DNA from: Bacillales bacterium
Lineage (GTDB): Bacteria; Bacillota; Bacilli; JARBTR01
Direction of reading: 5' to 3'
Length of the DNA stretch: 64,000 nt
NCBI GenBank assembly: GCA_031554185.1
Contig: JAVBKE010000140.1
Span: 6,719-70,718 of the forward strand
The notes under the pieces were generated by a model. That model saw only the letters and a list, made by a program, of their open reading frames with translations, ran no database searches and had not been told where the DNA came from. Made by a program: the position numbers and the translations under genes. Position 1 is the stretch's first letter. Each line of letters starts with the position of its first letter. Of the stretch, positions 1-9,490 are shown piece by piece.

Positions 1-829
1 TCATATTGTCAATAAAGGGGTGGAAAGTTTAGAAGGCATGCAGTACTTGACGCACTTATCAATATTGACGTGAATCAAAAACCCAATCAGTGAGCTAACA
101 CCATTATCCAATTTAGTTAATCTAGATACTTTGATATTAACACATAGTCTAGTTAGCAATGTTTCCCCTGCTTCTAATCTTGTTCAGCTGACTTATCTGG
201 ATCTAACATATAATGAAATAACGGACGTAACACCATTAAATGATGCAATTTTCCCAGATATATATCATTTGGAACTTGAATATCAAAACATCTCCTATCC
301 GGCAATTCAGATTGATGATTCAATGACAATTGAGAATATTGCGAAAGGTTTTGATGGACAATTGATTCCACCAGTTACAATAAGTGATAGTGGTAGCTAT
401 GATGCACCTTATGTACAGTGGGCTGGGCTGGGCTAGGCTGAGCAATCAAAATAGCATTAGCTATACCTTAAGGCAAGATGGATTTGGTAGCAGTTTTGCT
501 ACCTCTTGCTCCGGCACTCTTACGCAACCACTAGGCGATTTTATTTCACCAGCGCTTACAGCGGTGACGTGGTTTATGAAAAGGGCATCATACTGTCCGA
601 AGTAGATTTCTATCTTGATGCCAATGTAAAGAGTGAGGAAGACGCAACCATTACTTCAGATTTTATGAATGTTGTTGATCTCAAGAAGGCCATGGCGTAT
701 GTTGTGACAATCACAGCTACTGACACTGCTGGTAATCAGACCGATGAAACCGTGAATGTGACTGTTAAAGAAATAGCACCTCTGCCCGCTGAAGAAGTAG
801 GTCCGCCTAGCCCAGCGACTGGAGAATAG
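1..829 (+). pseudogene. Decayed internalin-like LRR cell-surface protein gene (5' end off-window)
   Basis: Frame 2 reads LRR units (LEGMQYLTHLSILT, PISELTPLSNLVNLDTLILT, LVQLTYLDLTYNEITDVTPL) with an in-frame TGA at 71-73. The internalin inter-repeat signature is split across frames (ISDSGSYDAPYVQW, then SNQNSISYTL...SGTLTQPL). An Ig-like repeat (YVVTITATDTAGNQTDETVNVTV) lies in a third frame at 506-829. The reading ends ...PSPATGE-stop with no hydrophobic anchor after the LPXTG-like motif. Confidence 0.6.
420..439 (+). repeat. Tandem pentanucleotide repeat GGGCT x3 plus AGGCT at a frameshift point of the LRR pseudogene
   Basis: Direct reading gives GGGCTGGGCTGGGCTAGGCT. The reading frame of the internalin-like sequence changes across this tract. 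Confidence 0.8.
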
Positions 830-973
830 GTAAGATTCCATTTCACCTCATCTCGACATCTGATCACAGATCAGCTCCAATAGCTTTTTGGTAGATAAAT
901 TTGATTTATTCACCAATTATTTTCAGAAATAGTGTACAATAAGAGGATAATAGAGATTGGAATAGGTGAAAGA

Positions 974-1693
974 ATGGAACGGTTACAAAAAGTGATGGCC
1001 CATGCGGGTGTAGCGTCTCGTCGAGGTGCTGAAACGTTAATTTTAGAAGGAAAAGTGAAAATTAACGGAAAAGTCGTGCGCGAGCTAGGCACGAGGGTCG
1101 GTGTGAATGATAAAGTAGAAGTAAACGGGGTTCAAATTGAAAAAGAAGAGCCTGTTTATTTTATGATGTATAAACCACGTGGTGTCCTGTCAACAGTGAA
1201 TGATGATAAGGGACGCAAAACGATTACGGACTTCTTCTACCATATAAATGAGCGTGTTTATCCAATCGGCCGGTTGGATTATAACACTTCTGGTCTTTTG
1301 ATTGTGACAAATGACGGGGAGTTTGCGAATTTGTTGATGCACCCAAAATTTGAAATTGACAAAACATATGTGGCAAAAGTAGAAGGCATTCCGAAGCGTG
1401 AGCATATCCGTTTACTAGAAAAAGGCATCATGTTGGAAGATGGTAAAACCGCTCCTGCGAAGGCTAAGATACTGTCTTTTGATGATAAAAAGAAGACTTC
1501 GATTATTGAGCTAACAATTCATGAAGGGCGCAATCGCCAAGTTAGACGCATGCTTGAAGCGATTCATTGTCCTGTGATGAAGTTGAAGCGAGAGCAGTAT
1601 GGCTTCTTAACACTAGGGAATATGAAACCCGGGGATACAAGAGAATTAAACCCAAAAGAAGTTAAGCAACTGAGAAATATGGCTGTTACCTGA
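974..1693 (+). CDS. rluB: 23S rRNA pseudouridine synthase RluB
   Basis: MERLQKVMAHAGVASRRGAE S4-like N-terminus and the RsuA/RluB core (GRLDYNTSGLL). ATG 974 is preceded by AGGTGA. The track ORF starts earlier, at 932. Confidence 0.9.
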   Translation: MERLQKVMAHAGVASRRGAETLILEGKVKINGKVVRELGTRVGVNDKVEVNGVQIEKEEPVYFMMYKPRGVLSTVNDDKGRKTITDFFYHINERVYPIGRLDYNTSGLLIVTNDGEFANLLMHPKFEIDKTYVAKVEGIPKREHIRLLEKGIMLEDGKTAPAKAKILSFDDKKKTSIIELTIHEGRNRQVRRMLEAIHCPVMKLKREQYGFLTLGNMKPGDTRELNPKEVKQLRNMAVT

Positions 1694-1730
1694 TTGTAAA
1701 AGTTCAAAACTAGGATCAAAATCATATTGA

Positions 1731-1792
1731 AGCCAGCATTGTTCAATGAAATTAGTTTGGATTTCAAATTTCATTGATTCTGCTGGCTTTTG
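1731..1792 (+). terminator. Intrinsic terminator after rluB
   Basis: Outer stem AGCCAGCA/TGCTGGCT and inner stem CAATGAAATT/AATTTCATTG, followed by TTTT. Confidence 0.7.
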
Positions 1793-1910
1793 TATTATGA
1801 CAAATGAAAACCAAGTTAACCATTGACATTATCATATTGAGACGAAATAGAACATACGTATGGATAGTTGCCCGCTTACTTTAACAGTACAAACTACGCA
1901 AGGAGAAAGA

Positions 1911-3149
1911 ATGAATACTTTAATTGAAACAAACTGGATAAAAAATACAAGACTATACTTAATTGGGATAGCGATTACGCTTTTTGGTTCATCGCTTGTT
2001 CAGTACGCCATTATCTGGCATATAACTTTAGCAACACAATCAGGCATTCAGATGACACTGTCGGCAATTTGTGGTTTTGTGCCACAATTGATTATTTCAC
2101 TTTTTGCAGGGGTTTGGGCAGATCGATATGATCGAAAAAAAATTGTCATGCTATCTGATCTGATGATTGCAGCAGCTACCTTTATATTAGTGATTACATT
2201 TTTACTTGGCTACGAGGAACTCTGGACATTGTATGTCATCTTAGCAGTGCGTTCGTTAGGACAGGGCATCCAAACACCGGCAACGACATCACTGGTACCA
2301 CAGTTTGTACCGCAAGATAAGCTACTGCGCGTGAATGGCTTAGTTGGTACAATCCAATCCAGTTGTATGCTGATTGCACCGGCGGTCAGTGGAGCCATTC
2401 TGGCATTTGCCCAAATGGAAACGATTTTCATGATTGATATTATCACTGCTATCATTGGTGTGAGTCTTATCTCGCTCATGAAAGTACCCCCACTTGTGCG
2501 GACGACTTCAGAAGTTCAAACAAGTGTGATCGTGGAACTAAAAGAAGGTATTCGATATGTCAGAGATCATATTTTTATCAAGGAAATGCTTGCATACTAC
2601 GCTATATTTATGATTTTGGTTGTTCCAGCAGCAATGCTGTCTCCGCTCCAAGTGACTAGAACATTTGGGGAAAGCTATCTCAATTTGACTGCTATCGAAA
2701 TTGCTTTTAGTTTAGGCGCATTATTTGGTGGCGTCATCATCACCGTATGGGGTGGTTTTAACCAGAAAATAAAGACCATTGCTTTTGCTAGTGTGTTGTT
2801 TGGCGTAACAACAGCGCTTTTAGGCGTGGTTAGCCATTTTCCGATTTATTGTATCACCATGCTCATCATGGGGCTCGGACTCCCGTTTTTTAATACCCCG
2901 ACCTATACACTATTTCAGGAAAGTGTTGAGCCAGAAAAGCTTGGTAGGGTGATGAGTCTTGTTTCGATCATTGCCTCATCCGCATTTCCTATTGGAATGA
3001 TATTTTTCGGCCCATTGGCAGACTTTGTCCAAATTGAGTGGCTCATGATCATAACCGGTATACTGCTTACAGGGCTTGGAATGAAAATGTGGTTTGACCG
3101 ATCATTGGTGATGAAGGCCCATGGCGAAACTGTTGATTCAAGTAGTTAA
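1911..3149 (+). CDS. MFS transporter (Mef/EntS-like efflux family)
   Basis: 412 aa from ATG 1911 (AAGGAGAAAGA upstream). About 12 hydrophobic segments, with a WADRYDRKK loop typical of MFS after TM2. Confidence 0.8.
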   Translation: MNTLIETNWIKNTRLYLIGIAITLFGSSLVQYAIIWHITLATQSGIQMTLSAICGFVPQLIISLFAGVWADRYDRKKIVMLSDLMIAAATFILVITFLLGYEELWTLYVILAVRSLGQGIQTPATTSLVPQFVPQDKLLRVNGLVGTIQSSCMLIAPAVSGAILAFAQMETIFMIDIITAIIGVSLISLMKVPPLVRTTSEVQTSVIVELKEGIRYVRDHIFIKEMLAYYAIFMILVVPAAMLSPLQVTRTFGESYLNLTAIEIAFSLGALFGGVIITVWGGFNQKIKTIAFASVLFGVTTALLGVVSHFPIYCITMLIMGLGLPFFNTPTYTLFQESVEPEKLGRVMSLVSIIASSAFPIGMIFFGPLADFVQIEWLMIITGILLTGLGMKMWFDRSLVMKAHGETVDSSS

Positions 3150-3176
3150 ATGTAGGACTAAACGATTTGATTAAAG

Positions 3177-3203
3177 GCATCGAAAGTTGATGTCTTTTTT
3201 TGC
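3177..3203 (+). terminator. Weak intrinsic terminator after the MFS gene
   Basis: GGCATC gaaagtt GATGTC (one G-U pair) followed by T7. Confidence 0.45.
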
Positions 3204-3317
3204 GTGAAAAATAAGGGATAAGTCACCTCTGAGCGTAATAAATGTCATTCAGGTAAAGATGGTGTACACTAATTGTGTCAAAATAGTGAACAAAAGTATG
3301 GAAATTGGAGTGAGAAG

Positions 3318-3410
3318 ATGTCGAAACAAATGAGAGAAGTATATAGAGCTATTATCCTTTTAATTGTTTTTCTGTTCATTGCAATGGCGTTCATTGTTAA
3401 GTTCACTTAA
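3318..3410 (+). CDS. Candidate 30-aa hydrophobic peptide (not in ORF track)
   Basis: ATG 3318 with GGAG 8 nt upstream. Translates to MSKQMREVYRAIILLIVFLFIAMAFIVKFT, a single TM helix. It ends 122 nt before the resB start. Confidence 0.35.
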   Translation: MSKQMREVYRAIILLIVFLFIAMAFIVKFT

Positions 3411-3532
3411 GTTTTTTGCAAAGCGAATCCTTTACCAGGAGTGGAGGGTTTCATCACCTGTTTTGGGCCCTATCAATCCGTGAATATGATCATCGCAAGC
3501 TAACAGCATTTGATAAGGAGGAAAGTCTATAC

Positions 3533-5128
3533 ATGCAAAATCCAAAATGCGATTGTGGTCATGTGAATCCTTTTGGGACAGCCATTTGTGAATCATGTGG
3601 GAAAGAGTTAATAGATTCAGATCAGGCCTTATATGATATGCGATATGAAGGTGTTGCCCGAAAGTCACAAGTCTATCGGCGTTCTATTATCGATCATATC
3701 TGGCAGTTCTTCTCCTCGGTCAAAGTGGGGATTTGGTTAATTATTGCAACATTAGTTGCAGCTGCAATTGGGACAATTTTACCACAAAGTAATACTGTGA
3801 CCTCCACACTGCCGCTTGATCAGTTTTACCAGAATGAATACGGTTGGTTTGGCAGTGTTTATTATACGCTAGGGCTGGATGATCTTTATGGATCATGGTG
3901 GTTTATGCTGATTATCTGTTTGCTTGGCGCATCGCTTGTGATTTGTAGCATTGATCGTGTTTTCCCGCTCTATCGTGCTTTAAAAAATCAACGTGTGACC
4001 AAGCATGATCAGTTTATGAGGAAGCAGCGCCTTTTCTCAGAGCAGGAAACGGCGCTTGCTGAGTCAGAGATCAATCTCATTCAGGCGAGACTAGTGTCAC
4101 GACACTATCATGTGCGGCGTGAGGGAGACAATTTATTTGCAGAAAAGGGTCGTTTTTCTCGTTGGGGCCCCTATATCAATCATATTGGGTTAATTATTTT
4201 CCTACTAGGTTGTCTATTTAGGCAGTTTCCAGGCATCAATGTAACAGAGCATTTGAGCCTAATGCAAGGGGAAACCCAAGAGATTCCAGGGACCAATGGA
4301 GAATACTTTTTAAAAAATAATCAATTCACTATCAAACTGTATGGTGATCAAAAAGATAAACAGCAATACGCAGACATATTGAAAGAAAAAAGCGATATTG
4401 TGAAGCAATATGAAACAGATGTGACTCTGTATCAGATGCAGGGGGATGGCAATCTGAAGGCAGTTAAAGACTATCCGATCAATGTGAATAAACCATTGAA
4501 ATTTGCAGACTATCAATTGTATCAGATGTCCTATCGTACAACTGATACATTAGAAAATATGTCATTCAGCTTAGTAGACAAGCAGTCGGAGCAGACATTT
4601 GGGGAAATTAAGATTGATTTACAAAATCCAGAGAAAGATTACTCACTGCCGAATGGCTACACTGTTCAGTTAATCGGATACTACCCCGATTTCTATATCA
4701 ATGAAAGCGGGGCGCCAGCTACTAAATCAGATCAACCGAACAATCCAATTTTTATTTTTAATATGAGCTCGCCACAGGTACCAGCAGGAGAAAAGAGCAT
4801 TGTTGGGATTATGCAGACAGTTGAAACCAGTCAGGATGGGAACACCTTGGCAATGAAGTTTTCAAATGCTTCTTATGAAGTGGCGCCGATTCTAACTTTA
4901 AGAAAGGATCAATCGATTTGGATTTTGGCATTAGGTGGGCTTATTTTTATGATTGGTGTTGTCCAAGGAAGTTATTGGCAACATCGTCGGATTTGGTTGA
5001 AAGGTAGCAAAGATCACTTGTTAGTAGCTTCTCATACCAATAAAAACTGGCTTGGTCAGTTGAAAGATATTGAGCGCGCCTTTGAAGGGTTACCTATTAC
5101 CGTGCCAAAAGACCAGCTCAAACAATAA
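3533..5128 (+). CDS. resB: Cytochrome c biogenesis protein ResB (Ccs1)
   Basis: 531 aa from ATG 3533 (AAGGAGGA upstream). N-terminal CDC...CESC cysteine motif, TM segments and a large extracytoplasmic domain. It is followed by resC-resD-resE as in B. subtilis. Confidence 0.9.
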   Translation: MQNPKCDCGHVNPFGTAICESCGKELIDSDQALYDMRYEGVARKSQVYRRSIIDHIWQFFSSVKVGIWLIIATLVAAAIGTILPQSNTVTSTLPLDQFYQNEYGWFGSVYYTLGLDDLYGSWWFMLIICLLGASLVICSIDRVFPLYRALKNQRVTKHDQFMRKQRLFSEQETALAESEINLIQARLVSRHYHVRREGDNLFAEKGRFSRWGPYINHIGLIIFLLGCLFRQFPGINVTEHLSLMQGETQEIPGTNGEYFLKNNQFTIKLYGDQKDKQQYADILKEKSDIVKQYETDVTLYQMQGDGNLKAVKDYPINVNKPLKFADYQLYQMSYRTTDTLENMSFSLVDKQSEQTFGEIKIDLQNPEKDYSLPNGYTVQLIGYYPDFYINESGAPATKSDQPNNPIFIFNMSSPQVPAGEKSIVGIMQTVETSQDGNTLAMKFSNASYEVAPILTLRKDQSIWILALGGLIFMIGVVQGSYWQHRRIWLKGSKDHLLVASHTNKNWLGQLKDIERAFEGLPITVPKDQLKQ

Positions 5129-5191
5129 CACGCTGATAAAAAGTGATGAGGTACCAGCAGACATTAAAAGCTGGCAAAGTCATGGAGCGTG

Positions 5192-5225
5192 GTGAATAAG
5201 TCATACATATGTGCTACTTATTCAC
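5192..5225 (+). other. Perfect 10-bp hairpin in the resB-resC intercistronic region
   Basis: GTGAATAAGT (5192-5201) pairs with ACTTATTCAC (5216-5225). No U-tract follows. Confidence 0.4.
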
Positions 5226-5253
5226 TACACTTCTAAAATGGAGGATCTAGCAT

Positions 5254-6420
5254 ATGGAAAATATCAGTAGTAGTTTCTTATACATCGCTTTCATTATCTA
5301 CTTGGTTGCAATTATTTTCTTTGCAGCTTCTATAAAAATAGATGGTAACCAACAAAAACCGAATAAATCGGCTCAAATTGCAGTGGCTCTTACGGTGATT
5401 GGCTTTCTTTTGCAAATAGGCTATTTTATCACACGCTGGATTGCTTCTAGCCACGCACCGGTCAGTAATATGTTTGAATTTACCACATTCTTTGGCATGA
5501 TGATTGTTGCGGCTTTTTTACTCTTTTATGCCATTTACCGAACACCTATTATTGGCTTATTTGCACTCATTGTTGCTGTGTTGACAATCGCTTATGCCAG
5601 TATGTTTCCTAAAGAAATCACGCCGCTAATTCCAGCACTAAAGAGTCATTGGCTTTACATCCATGTGACCACTGCCGCGGCTGCTGAGGCGATTTTATCA
5701 ATCAGCTTCGTCGCGGGTTTAATTTATCTCATCAAAGTAGTTGACCAAAGTCGTCGTTCGAAGAAGACATTTTGGTTAGAATTTATTCTTTATTTCATGG
5801 TTGTGATTATGGGTTTTGTCGTTTCGGCTACTTTATTCTCAATGACAAATTATGATGAGCATTTTGTGGCGACAAATAAAGATGATGTTCAGGTTCAGGT
5901 TGAGTATAAAATGCCAGCGATCGTTGGTTCACCTGATGCAATCACAACAACTGGCAAGCAGCCACTGCTTCATGTACCCACAGGAATTAATGCGAAAAAG
6001 TTAAACACAGTCATTTGGTCACTGATCTTTGGCACGGCATTATATGGCTTCATTCGTGTTGTGCTACGAAAAAGAATCGGCGCTTTCTTGCAGAGATTTG
6101 TTTCATCTACGAATGAGACGTTATTAGATGAAATTGGTTACCGAAGTGTACTGATTGGATTTCCTGTATTTACACTTGGCGCATTGATCTTTGCAATGAT
6201 TTGGGCGCAGGTTGCATGGAATCGGTTTTGGGGATGGGACCCTAAGGAAATATGGGCTGCTGTGACTTGGTTATTCTATGCCGCTTTCCTTCACCTCCGT
6301 TTCTCGAAGGATTGGCAAGGTGAGAAGTCTGCATGGCTTGCTGTTATTGGCTTTACGATCATTATGTTTAATTTAGTAGCAGTCAATCTGATTATTGCTG
6401 GGCTGCATTCTTATGCTTAA
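5254..6420 (+). CDS. resC: Cytochrome c biogenesis protein ResC (CcsA)
   Basis: Polytopic membrane protein with the tryptophan-rich haem-handling motif WNRFWGWDPKEIWA. SD GGAGGA. Confidence 0.9.
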   Translation: MENISSSFLYIAFIIYLVAIIFFAASIKIDGNQQKPNKSAQIAVALTVIGFLLQIGYFITRWIASSHAPVSNMFEFTTFFGMMIVAAFLLFYAIYRTPIIGLFALIVAVLTIAYASMFPKEITPLIPALKSHWLYIHVTTAAAAEAILSISFVAGLIYLIKVVDQSRRSKKTFWLEFILYFMVVIMGFVVSATLFSMTNYDEHFVATNKDDVQVQVEYKMPAIVGSPDAITTTGKQPLLHVPTGINAKKLNTVIWSLIFGTALYGFIRVVLRKRIGAFLQRFVSSTNETLLDEIGYRSVLIGFPVFTLGALIFAMIWAQVAWNRFWGWDPKEIWAAVTWLFYAAFLHLRFSKDWQGEKSAWLAVIGFTIIMFNLVAVNLIIAGLHSYA

Positions 6421-6512
6421 TTGGGTACTTGTACTGTAAAAGTGTTTTTTTGACATATAAATTTTTTTGGATACTAATGTCGAGATGGATTGCAAAAATA
6501 TCATATAAATAA

Positions 6513-6557
6513 AAGACATGTTCTATCTAATGGAATATAATAGAATGTGTCTTTTTT
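6513..6557 (+). terminator. Intrinsic terminator after resC
   Basis: 13-bp stem AGACATGTTCTAT/ATAGAATGTGTCT (two G-U pairs) followed by T6. Confidence 0.75.
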
Positions 6558-6638
6558 GTGAATAAATTCCGATTGACAAAGGCTTTTCTAATCAAAATTC
6601 GGGAGATGTTTTGTCATTTTTTTACGCCATTAATTGTG

Positions 6639-6667
6639 AGTGTTGTCAAAGAACATTTGACAACACT
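6639..6667. promoter_or_regulatory. Perfect 12-bp inverted repeat upstream of resD (function unknown)
   Basis: AGTGTTGTCAAA gaaca TTTGACAACACT, about 130 nt upstream of the resD GTG. No U-tract follows, so it is not a terminator. Confidence 0.3.
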
Positions 6668-6796
6668 GGTATGAAAAGAGGAATGAGCCTCAAGATAAGG
6701 CTAGACTTATTTCAAAAAACAGGGCATACTTACAAGAGAGAAAGTCTGACACAAATCAGACAATTTAAGCTGTAATTCTTTTTCGGAGGGATAAAT

Positions 6797-7537
6797 GTGA
6801 CAAAAAAGTTAAAATTACTACTTGTTGATGATGAAGATAGGATTCGTCAACTTCTTAGAATCTTCTTGGAGCGAGAAGGTTACGATGTCGATGAAGCTTC
6901 TGACGGGAGAATGGCAGTAGAGCTGGCAATTCAAAAAAAATATGACATGATTATTTTAGATGTGATGATGCCTGTAATGGATGGTATTGAGGCGTGTCGT
7001 GAGATCAGAAAGATGATGTCAACGCCAATTATCATGCTGACAGCAAAAGGTGAAGAAACGGACCGAGTCCAAGGATTTGAGGCAGGAACGGATGATTATA
7101 TTGTTAAACCATTTAGTCCGCGTGAAGTGTTACTTAGAATTAAGGCGCTATTAAGGAGAACAACAAATAATCAGTATATGGCAACTGATTATTCATTAAA
7201 TGATGTAATTGTATTTCCGTATTTAACAATTGATAATGATGCACACTGTGTTCTAGCTGAGCAGAAAGAAGTATCGCTTACACCGAAAGAATATGATTTA
7301 TTGCTTTTCCTAGCACGATCTCATGATAAAGTGTTTGACCGTGAGCATCTCTTGAAGGCTGTTTGGCATTATGAATTTTTCGGTGATTTGAGAACTGTCG
7401 ATACGCATGTGAAAAGATTGAGAGAAAAGCTGTCAAAGATCTCAGAAAACGCTGCAAAAATGCTAGTAACGGTATGGGGTGTAGGCTATAAATTGGAAGT
7501 CATTTTCCCAACTGAAGCAAAAGATGTGCATTCATAA
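6797..7537 (+). CDS. resD: OmpR-family response regulator ResD
   Basis: Receiver domain (LLVDDE, ILDVMMP, LTAKG) plus a winged-helix C-terminus. GTG start with GGAGGG SD. Adjacent to resE. Confidence 0.9.
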   Translation: MTKKLKLLLVDDEDRIRQLLRIFLEREGYDVDEASDGRMAVELAIQKKYDMIILDVMMPVMDGIEACREIRKMMSTPIIMLTAKGEETDRVQGFEAGTDDYIVKPFSPREVLLRIKALLRRTTNNQYMATDYSLNDVIVFPYLTIDNDAHCVLAEQKEVSLTPKEYDLLLFLARSHDKVFDREHLLKAVWHYEFFGDLRTVDTHVKRLREKLSKISENAAKMLVTVWGVGYKLEVIFPTEAKDVHS

Positions 7538-9303
7538 TGGTTTGGAGAAGTGTAGTTGGTAAGTTGTGGATGACAATCATTGTGCTATTTTCAGTGGTAT
7601 TAGCACTATTATTACTTTTTCTTTTACAATTTTTTAACAACTATCATTTGGAAAGAATTGAACGCCAAATGAGTGTTAGTAATGAGCAATTAGCTAGCGT
7701 GCTTGATCAGTACGGCTTTTCAGAAGAGGCTATCCAAATTGCTTTTTCGATGAATGTTGATCATTTTGACTCTGTTGTTGTAGTTGAAGGTCAAACCGTT
7801 TATCATTCAGATCCATCACTCGATCCAGTGGAAACCTCTAAGTTTATAGAGGCTGATTCTGAGCTTAGATCAGTACAAGAGACGAATAAAGAGATGGCTG
7901 TGAAAAGAGTTTTGCCGAGTGATGAGAGAGAAAGTGATATATATAGTATCGTTGTCGGTACACCGTATGAATTGAATGGGCAGAAGGGCGCTATTTATTC
8001 TTACCAATTGCTTACAATTGTTAACGAGTCTACTAATTTAATAATGAAATATATTTTTGTTGCTGGCTTTATTGGTTTTATTCTCATCACTATCTTTGCT
8101 TTTTTCCTTATTATTAGAATCACAAGACCTTTGCGTGTGCTAAATAACCGTGCACATGAGATCGCCCAAGGGAATTTCGGACAAGAAATCCCAGTAGGGA
8201 CGCATGATGAAATTGGCCACCTTTCGCAAACTTTTAATCAAATGTCTAATCAGATGAAACACAATATTACGGCACTTGAGCAGGAAAAAGAGCATCTATC
8301 GAATATTTTATCGAGTATGACTGGTGGCGTTATTACGTTTGATCGCGATGGAAACAAGCTGATTACGAATGCACCTGGAGATGAGTTTATTCAATGTATT
8401 TCAGCAGAGGGCAAGGTTCAAGAAGCAGGAGCACCGCTGATTTTACAAGAAATGTTGGAAGAGACGAAGCAGACGGCATTAGTACAGGTGCGTGAAGTCC
8501 ATGTACAGGAAAGAGATTGGCTGATTTCGATGAGCCCGCTCTATGATCAAAATAGTATTCGCGGTGCGGTTGCAGTATTACGTGAAATCACTGAGGAACT
8601 TCGTTTAGAGCGAATGCGTAGAGATTTCATCGCAAACGTGACACATGAATTACGAACGCCACTTGTGATGTTACAAGGGTACAGTGAAGCAATTATGGAT
8701 GATATTGCTGAATCAGATGAAGAGAAACGAGAAATGGCAAAAATCATTAATGATGAGGCCTTACGAATTGGTAGACTAGTGAGTGAATTGCTTGATATCG
8801 CACGTATGGAATCGGGTCATATCAATTTGGTGATTCGTCCTGTTAAATTAGAAGCGTATTTACACAAAATCTCCGGCAAGTTCAGTGGGTTAGCCAAAGA
8901 GAAAGAGATTCGGATTATTGTCAAGTTAGAGCCAATTCATCGGGTTTTCCGATTTGATGAGGATCGAATCGAACAAGTGTTTACAAACTTAATCGTCAAT
9001 GCAATCAGGCATACACCGCAAGGTGGTATGGTTGAAATCATTCAAGAGTCAAACGAAAACGGTGTGAAATTCCATGTCGCAGATAATGGCTCGGGAATTT
9101 CGAAAGAAGATCTTCAATTTGTATTCGACAGATTCTATAAAGTAGACAAAGCACGAACACGAAAGGATACAGGGACAGGACTCGGGCTGACTATTGTAAA
9201 AAATATCATCCAAGCACATAAAGGCGAAATTACGGTTCAAAGTGAGCTTGGTTCAGGAACGATTTTTACTTTCTTTTTGCCAACACCTGAAGAGAACGAT
9301 TAA
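7537..9303 (+). CDS. resE: Sensor histidine kinase ResE
   Basis: Two TM segments, HAMP, PAS, H-box HELRTPL, and N/G boxes (DNGSGI, GTGLGL). The start overlaps the resD stop (TAATG). Confidence 0.9.
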   Translation: MVWRSVVGKLWMTIIVLFSVVLALLLLFLLQFFNNYHLERIERQMSVSNEQLASVLDQYGFSEEAIQIAFSMNVDHFDSVVVVEGQTVYHSDPSLDPVETSKFIEADSELRSVQETNKEMAVKRVLPSDERESDIYSIVVGTPYELNGQKGAIYSYQLLTIVNESTNLIMKYIFVAGFIGFILITIFAFFLIIRITRPLRVLNNRAHEIAQGNFGQEIPVGTHDEIGHLSQTFNQMSNQMKHNITALEQEKEHLSNILSSMTGGVITFDRDGNKLITNAPGDEFIQCISAEGKVQEAGAPLILQEMLEETKQTALVQVREVHVQERDWLISMSPLYDQNSIRGAVAVLREITEELRLERMRRDFIANVTHELRTPLVMLQGYSEAIMDDIAESDEEKREMAKIINDEALRIGRLVSELLDIARMESGHINLVIRPVKLEAYLHKISGKFSGLAKEKEIRIIVKLEPIHRVFRFDEDRIEQVFTNLIVNAIRHTPQGGMVEIIQESNENGVKFHVADNGSGISKEDLQFVFDRFYKVDKARTRKDTGTGLGLTIVKNIIQAHKGEITVQSELGSGTIFTFFLPTPEEND

Positions 9304-9428
9304 AGCCTGCCTTCGGTTACCTAGTAGATGAGTGTAATTCTATTAGCGTAACGGAGCCGTCTTTCTTAAACTTGTTTAAGATCCGGCAATACTAGCAATT
9401 CTGCAGTGGACATCTGGGAATATTGATA

Positions 9429-9457
9429 TTGATTTCTCAATTTGTTCAGCATATACT
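9429..9457 (+). promoter_or_regulatory. Candidate sigma-A promoter of ppaC
   Basis: TTGATT, 17 nt, TATACT, located 34 nt upstream of the ATG. Confidence 0.4.
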
Positions 9458-9490
9458 TATCACGGATTATACTTTAGGAGGAAATGATTA

